Shown: positions 26,573 to 35,191, numbered from the stretch's first letter. The stretch is DNA of 64,000 bases from Rhodoluna sp. (GCF_024639375.1 NZ_JAHEIM010000003.1:19512-83511); one strand, 5' to 3'. Notes: generated from the letters alone by a model not told the origin. Made by a program: numbers and translations.

Positions 26573-29440
26573 ATGCAAAAGCCAACGCCATTTTCTATTG
26601 CCATTGGAATCATCGTTGTTCTAGGTATTGCCCTGCTTGCAGCTAGCGGCGTGTACACCGACGTGCTCTGGTTTAACCAGCTTGGCTTTGGTCAAGTGTT
26701 CACCACTCAGGTGATCGCGCAGGTGGCGCTATTTTTGATTGCCGGTTCGGCCATGGCTTTGATCACCAGCGTGAGCTACAACTTGGCATATCGCAGTCGC
26801 CCAATCTATTTGAAATTCCCAGATGAAGGGGATGCTTTCGCCAGCTACCGTGAACTGCTAGAGCGTTTGCGCAAAGTCATCAAAATTGGTTTGCCAATCT
26901 TGCTCGGCATTTTTGGCGGTGTGGCTGCACTTAGCCGTTGGCCAATTGTTCTGATGTGGCTTAACCGCACACCGGCAGGAACCAAGGACCCGCAATTTGG
27001 TCTCGACGTTTCGTTTTATCTTTTTGAGTTGCCATTTTTGAGTGCGGCAGTCACCTATTTGTCGGCAATCGTTCTGCTAGCAGGTTTGGTATCAACCTCT
27101 GTGCACCTGATCTATGGCAACATCAAGTTCGCTGGTCGCAACAGCAAAATCACCAAGCCGGCACGAATTCAAATTGCAACAATCGCAGCAATTTACTTGG
27201 CTGTTCAGGCTGCGAGCCTTTGGCTTGACCAGTTCTCAACTATGACCAGCGCCTCGGGTCTTTACACCGGCGCAACCTATAGCGATGTCAACGCAACTAT
27301 CCCGGGTTTTCAAATCATGGCTCTGATTGCTCTTGTGGTGGCCGTGCTCTTCTTGGTTACCGCAGTGGTTGGTCGTTGGCGTTTGTCGGTGATGGGAACC
27401 GCACTGATGGTGGTGAGCTCAATCGTTTTGGGTGGAATTTATCCGTGGATTATTCAGACTTTTCAGGTGGTTCCAAATGAGCGCACGCTTGAAGCGGAAT
27501 TCATCACTCGCAACATTGAGGCAACTCGTGTGGCCTACGGTCTCGACAAAGTTGAAACCACCGACTACCAAGCCACAACCGATGCAAACGCAGGTGCCTT
27601 GCGCAAAGACGCCGAAACCACCGCAAGCATTCGCATTATTGACCCTGCCTTGGTGAGCGCATCTTTTAAACAACTTGAGCAATACAAGCAGTACTACAAC
27701 TTCGCCGCGCACCTTGATGTCGACCGCTACACAATTGATGGCAAGACCCAAGACACCGTGGTTGCGGTGCGCGAACTTGATCAATCAGGTTTGGGCAGCT
27801 CACAATCTTGGTACAACAACGTCATTGTTTATACCCACGGATACGGTGTGGTTGCGGCCTATGGAAACCAGCGTTCGGTTGAAGGTCAACCGGTGTTCTT
27901 GCAAAAGGGAATTCCGTCAAACGGTTTGCTCGGCAAGTATGAACCTCGCATTTACTTTGGTGAAAACTCACCAACCTATTCAATTGTTGGTTCAGCCGAT
28001 GGCGCTGCGTCACGTGAGTTGGATTACCCAGCCGGCGACGGTGAAGCAGATCAGACCTACACAACTTTCAACGGCAACGGTGGGCCAAAGCTTGACAACA
28101 TCTTCTCGCGCCTTGCCTATGCGTTGAAGTTCCAGAGCGAACAGATTTTGCTTTCTGACGCAGTGAATAACAACTCTCAGATCTTGTATCAGCGCAGCCC
28201 ACTTGAACGCGTGCAAGCAGTGGCACCATACTTAACCCTTGACCGAGACAGCTACCCAGCGGTGGTTGATGGTCGTGTGGTTTGGATTGTTGACGGTTAC
28301 ACAACCTCGGCAAACTACCCGTACTCACGTGCCGAGAATCTTGGCGACGCTATTTCGGACACCAGCACAACCACCGGTTCTACTCGCGGCTCAATCAACT
28401 ACATTCGCAACTCGGTCAAGGCCACTGTCGATGCCTATGACGGCAGCGTCAAGTTGTATGCCTGGGATGACAAGGACCCAATTCTAAAAACCTGGTCGAA
28501 GATTTTCCCAAACACTTTGTTGCCAGTTTCAGAGATGTCTGGTGAGTTGTTGAGTCACGTTCGCTACCCAGCAGACATGTTCAAGTTGCAGCGCGCAATC
28601 TTGGGCACGTATCACGTGAGTGACCCTGGTTCGTTCTACTCTCAAGAAGATGCCTGGATGACACCAAACGATCCGGTTTCGGCAACCACCTCAGGCGCTG
28701 GCTCATTGCAGCCGCCGTATTACTTGAGCATGCAGGTTCCAGGAACCAGCCGACCAGCGTTCTCGCTTTACTCAACTTTTATTCCTCGCTCAACTGGCGC
28801 CTCGAGTCGAAGCGTCTTGAAGGGTTATCTGGTTGCTGATTCCGATGCCGGTTCGGTCGCTGGCAAGGTATCCGCGGAGTATGGAAAGTTGCGTTTGCTG
28901 GCACTGCCTTCAAGCACCATCGTGCCTGGCCCGGGTCAGGTGCAAAACTCGTTTAGCGCCGACGCAGAGGTTTCGCGATTGCTAAACATTTTGCGTCAGG
29001 GTTCAACCAAGGTGCTCAACGGCAACCTCCTGACTTTGCCAATTGGTGGCGGGTTGCTTTATGTGCAGCCGGTCTACATTCAGTCGCTTGGCGAAACCAG
29101 TTTTCCATTGTTGAAGAAAGTTCTCGTGGCCTTTGGTGACAAGATCGCATTCGAAGACACTTTGGATGAAGCTCTCGACGCATTGTTTGGCGGTAACTCT
29201 GGTGCCAACGCTGGTGATTCAACTGGTGGTTCAACTACGCCGGTCACGCCGACCACCCCGGGCACGCCATCCACACCAAGCACCGGCTCTAATGCGGCAC
29301 TCGCCAATGCACTCGAAGTTGCACGTCTTGCCCTGGTTGCAAAACAAGCAGCAATGGCAGCTGGAGACTGGAGTGCTTATGGAAAGGCGGAGGCTGCTTT
29401 AAAGAAGGCAATCGACGCAGCTATTGCTGCCAGCAAATAA
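26573..29440 (+). CDS. UPF0182 family large membrane protein
   Basis: 955 aa with an N-terminal multi-TM block, a large extracytoplasmic region and a Thr/Pro/Gly-rich linker near the C-terminus. AGGAG SD. Confidence 0.85.
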   Translation: MQKPTPFSIAIGIIVVLGIALLAASGVYTDVLWFNQLGFGQVFTTQVIAQVALFLIAGSAMALITSVSYNLAYRSRPIYLKFPDEGDAFASYRELLERLRKVIKIGLPILLGIFGGVAALSRWPIVLMWLNRTPAGTKDPQFGLDVSFYLFELPFLSAAVTYLSAIVLLAGLVSTSVHLIYGNIKFAGRNSKITKPARIQIATIAAIYLAVQAASLWLDQFSTMTSASGLYTGATYSDVNATIPGFQIMALIALVVAVLFLVTAVVGRWRLSVMGTALMVVSSIVLGGIYPWIIQTFQVVPNERTLEAEFITRNIEATRVAYGLDKVETTDYQATTDANAGALRKDAETTASIRIIDPALVSASFKQLEQYKQYYNFAAHLDVDRYTIDGKTQDTVVAVRELDQSGLGSSQSWYNNVIVYTHGYGVVAAYGNQRSVEGQPVFLQKGIPSNGLLGKYEPRIYFGENSPTYSIVGSADGAASRELDYPAGDGEADQTYTTFNGNGGPKLDNIFSRLAYALKFQSEQILLSDAVNNNSQILYQRSPLERVQAVAPYLTLDRDSYPAVVDGRVVWIVDGYTTSANYPYSRAENLGDAISDTSTTTGSTRGSINYIRNSVKATVDAYDGSVKLYAWDDKDPILKTWSKIFPNTLLPVSEMSGELLSHVRYPADMFKLQRAILGTYHVSDPGSFYSQEDAWMTPNDPVSATTSGAGSLQPPYYLSMQVPGTSRPAFSLYSTFIPRSTGASSRSVLKGYLVADSDAGSVAGKVSAEYGKLRLLALPSSTIVPGPGQVQNSFSADAEVSRLLNILRQGSTKVLNGNLLTLPIGGGLLYVQPVYIQSLGETSFPLLKKVLVAFGDKIAFEDTLDEALDALFGGNSGANAGDSTGGSTTPVTPTTPGTPSTPSTGSNAALANALEVARLALVAKQAAMAAGDWSAYGKAEAALKKAIDAAIAASK

Positions 29441-29450
29441 GGCTGGCAGC
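29426..29450 (+). other. perfect 9-bp hairpin with the UPF0182 stop codon in the loop
   Basis: GCTGCCAGC-aaataag-GCTGGCAGC. No T-tract follows. Confidence 0.6.
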
Positions 29451-29467
29451 ACCACACTTTGGCGTGC

Positions 29468-29473
29468 TACACT
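29468..29473 (+). promoter_or_regulatory. possible -10 box TACACT for tRNA-fMet
   Basis: TANNNT hexamer 11 nt upstream of the mature tRNA 5' end. Confidence 0.3.
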
Positions 29474-29484
29474 TGGAACTTCGC

Positions 29485-29561
29485 CGCGGGGTGGAGCAGT
29501 TCGGTAGCTCGCCGGGCTCATAACCCGGAGGTCGTAGGTTCAAATCCTGCCCCCGCAACCA
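29485..29561 (+). tRNA. initiator tRNA-fMet (anticodon CAT), CCA encoded
   Basis: CGCGGGGTGGAGCAG...CTCATAACCCGG...GGTTCAAATCC...CCCCGCAACCA. Shows the C1:A72 mismatch and three G:C pairs closing the anticodon stem, and is near-identical in design to E. coli tRNA-fMet. Confidence 0.93.
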
Positions 29562-29566
29562 AGTGA

Positions 29567-29602
29567 AAATCCCAGTCTCGATTGAGACTGGGATTTCGCT
29601 TT
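29567..29602 (+). terminator. intrinsic terminator after tRNA-fMet
   Basis: Perfect 13-bp stem AAATCCCAGTCTC-gatt-GAGACTGGGATTT followed by tcgcttt. Confidence 0.75.
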
Positions 29603-29668
29603 AACAAGGTTGTTTCGCCTGCCCAATTTGGGCTGTGGAAAACTTGGGTAAAAATGTCGGCGCCTGCC

Positions 29669-29674
29669 TAGCCT
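29669..29674 (+). promoter_or_regulatory. -10 box TAGCCT placed for a leaderless PKD-protein transcript
   Basis: TAGCCT-gcaaact-ATG(29682). Confidence 0.35.
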
Positions 29675-29681
29675 GCAAACT

Positions 29682-30698
29682 ATGTATAGAGACCGATTTC
29701 GCAACACCGCGATTCTTGCTTCATCGCTGCTGGTCACAATGTTTATTTTTGCGCCTGAACCAAGCTGGGCAGGCTGTCGAAATTCTGGAGGCGGCAACAC
29801 TGGCTTTGCTTATGGCTCGCAGGTCGACGGCGACAGTGTGACGATATGTGCATCCACCCAAAGCGTCGCACCGGCGCGCAAGTCAGAGGTTAAAACTCCC
29901 GTCAAAAACACTTCAAAAAACACAACTTCGGTGGTTAGCCATACGCCAGCAAAAACCAAGTCTGTTGTCACAGTTTCAGCAACAAAAGCTGCAGCTAAAC
30001 CCGTGGTCCTGCCCAAGTTTTTGCGGCCGGCAACCAGCGCACCAAAACGAGTGCTGCCGTTTCAAATTGCTAAGCCTGCTGTGAAAGTAAAAACCAAAAC
30101 TGTTGTGACGCCTGCCGTTGCGAGAGTAGTGACCAAAACCAAGACCGTATCCTCGACCGCCACAAAAGTTACATCCACGGTCATTCCTTCGGCCGCAGCT
30201 AGCCAAAACGAATCAGCGGGGTTCACCCCAACCGCCGTAAGTGCTTCGGTGTGGCCAACTAACCAAACCGAACCGCAGGTGCCGTTGGTTTTCAACGCCG
30301 ATGCTTTGGCGCACTTTAGGGTCGGCAAAATTCTGGGCAAATCTGCCGAGGTGATGTTCACCCCTGTTTCACTCACCTGGAATTTTGATGACGGCACCAC
30401 TAGTTCAGGCCTGCAGGTGCAGCATGCCTTCGCCAGCGAGGGCAATTATCGAGTCAACGCCCGAGTGGTTTATGCGGTTTCTTACCGATTCGTTGGGCAG
30501 ACATCCTGGGTAAATGAATCGGGAACCATCTCGATGTTGGCCAACTTAAACATCAAGGTAGCAACGGCTCTAGGCGACGGCGAGGTTGGCACCATTGTGC
30601 AGGCGGGGGAGGAACCCGCACTCGTTGGTGGTGGCCGAGTGGCATTGGTGGGCAGTGATTGCATCCAACGCCCAAACAGTTTTGGCTGTGGTTTTTAG
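29682..30698 (+). CDS. secreted hypothetical protein with Lys/Thr/Val-rich linker and C-terminal PKD-like domain
   Basis: Signal-peptide-like N-terminus. PKD-type motif WNFDDGTTSSG...HAFASEGNYRVNARV. Cys pairs near both termini. Confidence 0.6.
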   Translation: MYRDRFRNTAILASSLLVTMFIFAPEPSWAGCRNSGGGNTGFAYGSQVDGDSVTICASTQSVAPARKSEVKTPVKNTSKNTTSVVSHTPAKTKSVVTVSATKAAAKPVVLPKFLRPATSAPKRVLPFQIAKPAVKVKTKTVVTPAVARVVTKTKTVSSTATKVTSTVIPSAAASQNESAGFTPTAVSASVWPTNQTEPQVPLVFNADALAHFRVGKILGKSAEVMFTPVSLTWNFDDGTTSSGLQVQHAFASEGNYRVNARVVYAVSYRFVGQTSWVNESGTISMLANLNIKVATALGDGEVGTIVQAGEEPALVGGGRVALVGSDCIQRPNSFGCGF

Positions 30699-30786
30699 TT
30701 TCAGTTAGTTTTCAGCCGGGTTACATAAACTATTCAGGCTTGCTTGACATTCTGATCGCACAAGTTGAGCTTGAAAGGCCATTGAA

Positions 30787-32004
30787 TTGAACGATTACAA
30801 CCACCAATTTGTATTTGAAGTTGCCCCAATTCCAGTTCTTGAAAAGAAGCGCCCGAGCCTTAAAGAGCGCCTTGCCAAGAAGACCACTTTTCTAACCGGC
30901 ACTGCCGCCGTGACCCTTGGTGCAGTTATCGGCGCTGGTGTAGGTGCGGGTGTCGGCGTGACGGTTTACAACCTTTGGACCCAGCCTGCAGCGGTGGTAG
31001 TCAACAATGCTGACTCAGTCACCTGGGTGACGGGCGCAGCCGCAACAGCAGCCCCATCAACCGCAACGGTAAATGTTGCCAGCTCATCGGGTGCAGGTAA
31101 CGGCTCTGGTGTTTTTCTAACTGCCGACGGTTACTTGCTAACCAACAACCACGTGGTCACTCTCGAGGGCCAGTCATCGCAGGTAACCGTGCAGGTGAAG
31201 ACCTATGACGGCCGCGTTTACCCGGCCACAGTAGTTGGCACCGATGCGATTAACGACCTTGCGGTTCTAAAGGTTGAGGCGCCAGTTAAATTCACTCCAA
31301 TCAAGTTTGCCGATTCAGACAAATTGAACGTGGGCGACAAGGTTGTTGCGATTGGTGCACCACTTGGTTTGGCCAACACCGTGACCGAAGGAATCGTCTC
31401 GGCTCTGAACCGCACCATTCAAGTTGCCTCATCGGCGGTGCCAGAGAATTCATCTTCAGGCGGCGGACTTCAGTTATTTAGCGGTTCGGGCACCGCAGTT
31501 AATTTGCGAGTGATTCAAACCGACGCAGCCATCAACCCGGGCAACTCTGGCGGTGCGCTGGTAAATGACAAGGGCGAGCTAGTTGGCATCAACGTGGCAA
31601 TTGCTTCAGCCGGCTCAGGCAGCAGCTCTGGCAGCATCGGCGTTGGTTTTGCAATTCCCTCGGATGTTGCGCAGCGTATTGCAAACGAAATTATGAAGAC
31701 TGGAAAAGCGAGCCACGCACTCTTGGGTGCTGGCGTTACCGACTGGTCTGACAACGCGAGCGCTTCAAGCTTCAGCGTTGGTGCCGAAGTTAAAGAATTG
31801 ACTGCCGGTGGCGCTGCCGAAAAAGCTGGCATCAAGGTTGGCGACATCATCGTGAAGTTCAACGGGCAGGCAATTAACTCGGCTAGCGAGTTGACCTCTG
31901 CGGTGCGAGTTGAACCGGCTGGCGCCAAGGCCACTGTAGAACTTCTTCGCGATGGCAAGAGTGTGACCATCGAAGTAGTCTTGGGTGACGCAGCAAATAT
32001 TTAG
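30787..32004 (+). CDS. HtrA-like trypsin-family (S1C) serine protease with C-terminal PDZ domain
   Basis: N-terminal TM. Catalytic triad contexts TNNHVV, NDLAVLK and GNSGGAL. PDZ motif (GIKVGDIIVKFNG). TTG start. Confidence 0.88.
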   Translation: MNDYNHQFVFEVAPIPVLEKKRPSLKERLAKKTTFLTGTAAVTLGAVIGAGVGAGVGVTVYNLWTQPAAVVVNNADSVTWVTGAAATAAPSTATVNVASSSGAGNGSGVFLTADGYLLTNNHVVTLEGQSSQVTVQVKTYDGRVYPATVVGTDAINDLAVLKVEAPVKFTPIKFADSDKLNVGDKVVAIGAPLGLANTVTEGIVSALNRTIQVASSAVPENSSSGGGLQLFSGSGTAVNLRVIQTDAAINPGNSGGALVNDKGELVGINVAIASAGSGSSSGSIGVGFAIPSDVAQRIANEIMKTGKASHALLGAGVTDWSDNASASSFSVGAEVKELTAGGAAEKAGIKVGDIIVKFNGQAINSASELTSAVRVEPAGAKATVELLRDGKSVTIEVVLGDAANI

Positions 32005-32017
32005 TAGGTGGTTTTGA

Positions 32018-32293
32018 ATGAGTGATCGAGACGAACTTGGCGGTCAAACCAGCGGTTCCACCCTGCTCGAAGAGCAAATTCAAAATGTTGAACCGGGCGA
32101 TCACGAGCGGTATTCGCACTATGTTCGCAAAGAAAAAATTGTTGAGTCTGCGGTTCTTGGCACTCCAGTAATTGCCCTCTGCGGCAAGACCTGGGTGCCG
32201 GGCCGAGACCCACAAAAGTTTCCGGTGTGCCCAACCTGCAAAGAAATTTATGAGGGCCTTCGTCCGGAAGACCCAAAGAGCACAAATCAATAG
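32018..32293 (+). CDS. DUF3039 protein
   Basis: HERYSHYVRKEKIVESAVLGTPVIALCGKTWVPGRDPQKFPVCPTCKEIY matches the DUF3039 signature. Confidence 0.85.
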   Translation: MSDRDELGGQTSGSTLLEEQIQNVEPGDHERYSHYVRKEKIVESAVLGTPVIALCGKTWVPGRDPQKFPVCPTCKEIYEGLRPEDPKSTNQ

Positions 32294-32339
32294 CGGCGCC
32301 AGCATCCGGGGCAATGCCACTGGTTTAAATCGCCAAAGG

Positions 32340-32345
32340 TAGACT
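32340..32345 (+). promoter_or_regulatory. -10 box TAGACT placed for a leaderless murI transcript
   Basis: TAGACT-ttcaaac-GTG(32353). Confidence 0.35.
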
Positions 32346-32352
32346 TTCAAAC

Positions 32353-33156
32353 GTGAATGACGCGCCAATTGGCATTTTTGACTCGGGAGTTGGCGGGCTA
32401 ACCGTAGCTCGCGCGATCATCGACCAGCTGCCTAACGAATCCATCATTTACGTTGGCGATACCGCCAACAGCCCATACGGCCCAAAGACCATTCCTGAAG
32501 TTCGCGAACTTGCGCTTGCCGTGATGGATCGACTTGTTGATGAAGGCGTCAAGATTTTGGTCATTGCCTGCAACTCAGCATCGGCAGCAGTTTTGCGCGA
32601 TGCTCGAGAGCGCTACACGGTGGGCCGTGGCATTCCCGTGGTTGAAGTAATTCAGCCCGCCGTTCGCCGAGCGGTGGCAGCAACTCGCAATCAAAAAGTT
32701 GGTGTCATCGGCACCAACGCAACAATTACTTCGCGTGCCTATGACGACGCATTCGCTGCGGCAGTCGATCTGCAAATTGTTAGCGCAGCGTGCCCATCGT
32801 TCGTCGATTTTGTTGAGCAGGGCATCACCTCGGGGCCGCAGCTTTTGGCAGATGCCGAAAAATATCTCGGCCCAATTCGCGATTCTGGTGTGGACACATT
32901 GGTTTTGGGTTGCACGCACTATCCGTTGCTCACCGGCGCCATTTCTTATGTGATGGGTGAAGACGTAACTCTGGTGTCATCCGCAGAGGAAACCGCTAAA
33001 GATGTTTATCGCACATTGGTAGCGCACAATTTGTTGCGCACCGCAACCACGCCACCAACTCTAAAATTCAAAGCCACCGGTGACGTCGAGTCATTCGAGA
33101 AATTAGCCCGCAGATTCTTGGGGCCTGAAGTTACGAAAGTAGAAGCACTCTCATGA
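32353..33156 (+). CDS. murI: glutamate racemase
   Basis: [20 protein letters not shown] and GCTHYP motifs. Confidence 0.95.
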   Translation: MNDAPIGIFDSGVGGLTVARAIIDQLPNESIIYVGDTANSPYGPKTIPEVRELALAVMDRLVDEGVKILVIACNSASAAVLRDARERYTVGRGIPVVEVIQPAVRRAVAATRNQKVGVIGTNATITSRAYDDAFAAAVDLQIVSAACPSFVDFVEQGITSGPQLLADAEKYLGPIRDSGVDTLVLGCTHYPLLTGAISYVMGEDVTLVSSAEETAKDVYRTLVAHNLLRTATTPPTLKFKATGDVESFEKLARRFLGPEVTKVEALS

Positions 33157-33887
33157 CCCTTCGTCAAGATGGCCGCACGGCCGACCAATTGCGTGAAATC
33201 ACAATCGAACGAGGCTGGAGCGCTCACGCCGAAGGCTCGGCGCTAATTTCTTTTGGCGGCACCAAAGTTTTGTGCACCGCGTCTTTCACCTCTGGTGTGC
33301 CACGTTGGAAGGTTGGCAAAGGCGAAGGTTGGGTCACTGCAGAATATGCAATGCTTCCTCGCGCTACCCACGATCGCAACGACCGGGAAGCAGTCAAAGG
33401 CAAAATCGGGGGACGCACTCACGAAATTTCTCGATTGATTGGTCGCAGTTTGCGCGCAATCGTTGACGTTCGCGAACTTGGCGAAAACACCATCGTGATT
33501 GACTGTGATGTTTTGCAGGCTGATGGTGGCACTCGCACAGCGGCAATCACTGGCGCATACATTGCACTTGTCGATGCAATTACTTGGGCTCGCGAAAAGA
33601 AACTAATTCCTGCTAAAGCAAAACCACTGAGCGACAGCGTTGCTGCAGTTTCAGTTGGCATCATCGATGGAGTGCCATTTCTTGACCTTGCTTACACAGA
33701 AGATGTTCGCGCTCACACAGACATGAATGTTGTGGTCACCGGAAGCGGAAAGTTCGTCGAAGTTCAGGGCACCGCAGAAGGTGTGCCATTCGATCGTGAT
33801 GAGCTAAACCTGTTGCTTGATCTGGCTCTCAAGGGCACCACCGAATTGACCAACATCCAGAGTGCATCGCTCGAGGCTGCAAAATAA
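33153..33887 (+). CDS. rph: ribonuclease PH
   Basis: [13 protein letters not shown] start, [11 protein letters not shown], and [14 protein letters not shown]. Confidence 0.95.
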   Translation: MTLRQDGRTADQLREITIERGWSAHAEGSALISFGGTKVLCTASFTSGVPRWKVGKGEGWVTAEYAMLPRATHDRNDREAVKGKIGGRTHEISRLIGRSLRAIVDVRELGENTIVIDCDVLQADGGTRTAAITGAYIALVDAITWAREKKLIPAKAKPLSDSVAAVSVGIIDGVPFLDLAYTEDVRAHTDMNVVVTGSGKFVEVQGTAEGVPFDRDELNLLLDLALKGTTELTNIQSASLEAAK

Positions 33888-34462
33888 TGCAACTGGTGCT
33901 TGCCTCGCACAACCAACACAAAATTCAAGAACTCGGCGCAATCATTAGCGCTGCAGTGCCCTATGTTGAACTGATTGGCTACGACGGCCCAGAGCCAATC
34001 GAAGATGGCACCAGCTTTTTAGAAAATGCCTTGATCAAAGCGCGTGCTGCATTTGCGCACACCGGATTGCCTTCAATTGCTGACGATTCAGGCATAGCAG
34101 TAGAAGTGCTTGGCGGTTCACCTGGAATTTTTAGTGCCCGTTGGGCTGGCGGCCGAGATGCCGCGGCAAACCGTCAATTATTGCTGGCTCAAATTGCTGA
34201 CATGGCCGAAGAAAATAGGGGTGCTTCGTTTGTGTGCACCATCGCCTATGTAGATTCTGAAAACGAAATTTCATTCACAGGAATTTGGCCTGGGCGAGTA
34301 GCCACTGAAGAGGATGGCCTCAAAGGCTTCGGATACGACCCAATTTTCATTCCAGAAGGTTTTGAAGTTACAGCCGCCGAGCTAGACCCTGAGGTAAAAA
34401 ACTCAATTAGCCACCGATCGTTGGCGCTTGAGCAACTGTGCAGCTACCTAAGCACTCTTTAG
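33887..34462 (+). CDS. rdgB: non-canonical purine NTP pyrophosphatase (RdgB/HAM1)
   Basis: LASHNQHKIQE, DDSGIAVEVLGGSPGIFSARW and GFGYDPIF motifs. Confidence 0.93.
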   Translation: MQLVLASHNQHKIQELGAIISAAVPYVELIGYDGPEPIEDGTSFLENALIKARAAFAHTGLPSIADDSGIAVEVLGGSPGIFSARWAGGRDAAANRQLLLAQIADMAEENRGASFVCTIAYVDSENEISFTGIWPGRVATEEDGLKGFGYDPIFIPEGFEVTAAELDPEVKNSISHRSLALEQLCSYLSTL

Positions 34463-35097
34463 TCGATTAGCGATTCGGTCTTCTGCTGGCGACGAGTACG
34501 AATGATTTCAATCGCAATCGGAATGCTTGAGACCACAACAAATCCGAGGGTGAAATATTCAACGTGTTCGGCAACGAACGGAACCTTGCCCAAAAAGTAG
34601 CCCAGCAGGGTAACGCCTGAGCCCCAACCAAGCACGCCAATCACGTTGTACTTCAAAAACTTGCGATAAGACATCTGGCCAATGCCAGCAGCCACCGGCA
34701 CGAAGGTGCGCATTACCGGCACAAAGTGGGCCAGGATAATCGCGCGTGAACCGTAGCGCTCAAAAAATGAGTTGGTGCGCGAAACGTTCTCTTGGCTGAA
34801 GAAACGCGAGTCAGATTTATTAAAGATCGCCGGGCCAACGCGACGGCCGATCCAGTATCCGGTTTGGTCGCCAGCCCAGGCGGCGAGAGAAATCAGCACG
34901 CAAGCTAACCAAATTGGAATTTGAATTGCGCCGGCGGAAACCATGAGGCCTGCAACAAATAGCAGCGAGTCGCCGGGCAGGAAGAAGCCCACCAGCAGAC
35001 CGGTCTCAATAAATACGATGGCGCAAACGCCAATCATTGCGAAAGCGCCGAATGATGCGATTAGTGTTTCAGGCCGCAGCCAATCTATTCCAAACAT
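34459..35097 (-). CDS. DedA family membrane protein
   Basis: IFIETGLLVGFFLPGDSLLFVAG core motif. The N-terminus MFGIDWLRPETLIASFG aligns to the family start. Confidence 0.88.
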   Translation of the reverse strand: MFGIDWLRPETLIASFGAFAMIGVCAIVFIETGLLVGFFLPGDSLLFVAGLMVSAGAIQIPIWLACVLISLAAWAGDQTGYWIGRRVGPAIFNKSDSRFFSQENVSRTNSFFERYGSRAIILAHFVPVMRTFVPVAAGIGQMSYRKFLKYNVIGVLGWGSGVTLLGYFLGKVPFVAEHVEYFTLGFVVVSSIPIAIEIIRTRRQQKTESLID

Positions 35098-35098
35098 G

Positions 35099-35170
35099 CG
35101 CCCCTAGCAGGAATCGAACCTGCGCACCCGCCTCCGGAGAGCGGCGCTCTATCCCCTGAGCTATAGGGGC
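35099..35170 (-). tRNA. tRNA-Arg (anticodon CCG), CCA not encoded
   Basis: Reverse complement GCCCCTATAGCTCAGGGGATAGAGCGCCGCTCTCCGGAGGCGGGTGCGCAGGTTCGATTCCTGCTAGGGGCG folds as a cloverleaf with anticodon loop CTCCGGA. Confidence 0.9.
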
Positions 35171-35185
35171 AAAGGGTGCAGACCA

Positions 35186-35191
35186 AGACTA
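35186..35191 (-). promoter_or_regulatory. possible -10 box TAGTCT for tRNA-Arg (and dedA)
   Basis: TANNNT hexamer 15 nt upstream of the mature tRNA 5' end. Confidence 0.3.

Noticed and set aside
31883-32368. 161-aa minus-strand ORF covering the HtrA end, DUF3039 and the murI start
   Set aside because: The plus strand encodes the clearly recognisable DUF3039 protein with an SD. The minus ORF has no recognisable features and spans two intergenic regions.
29562-35098. Possible tRNA-associated genomic islands next to tRNA-fMet or tRNA-Arg
   Set aside because: I looked for a direct repeat of either tRNA 3' end, an integrase, or phage or IS genes. None was seen. The flanking genes (HtrA, DUF3039, murI, rph, rdgB, dedA) are core actinobacterial genes. 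Only the sugar locus on the other side of tRNA-Arg looks accessory, and it lacks mobility genes.
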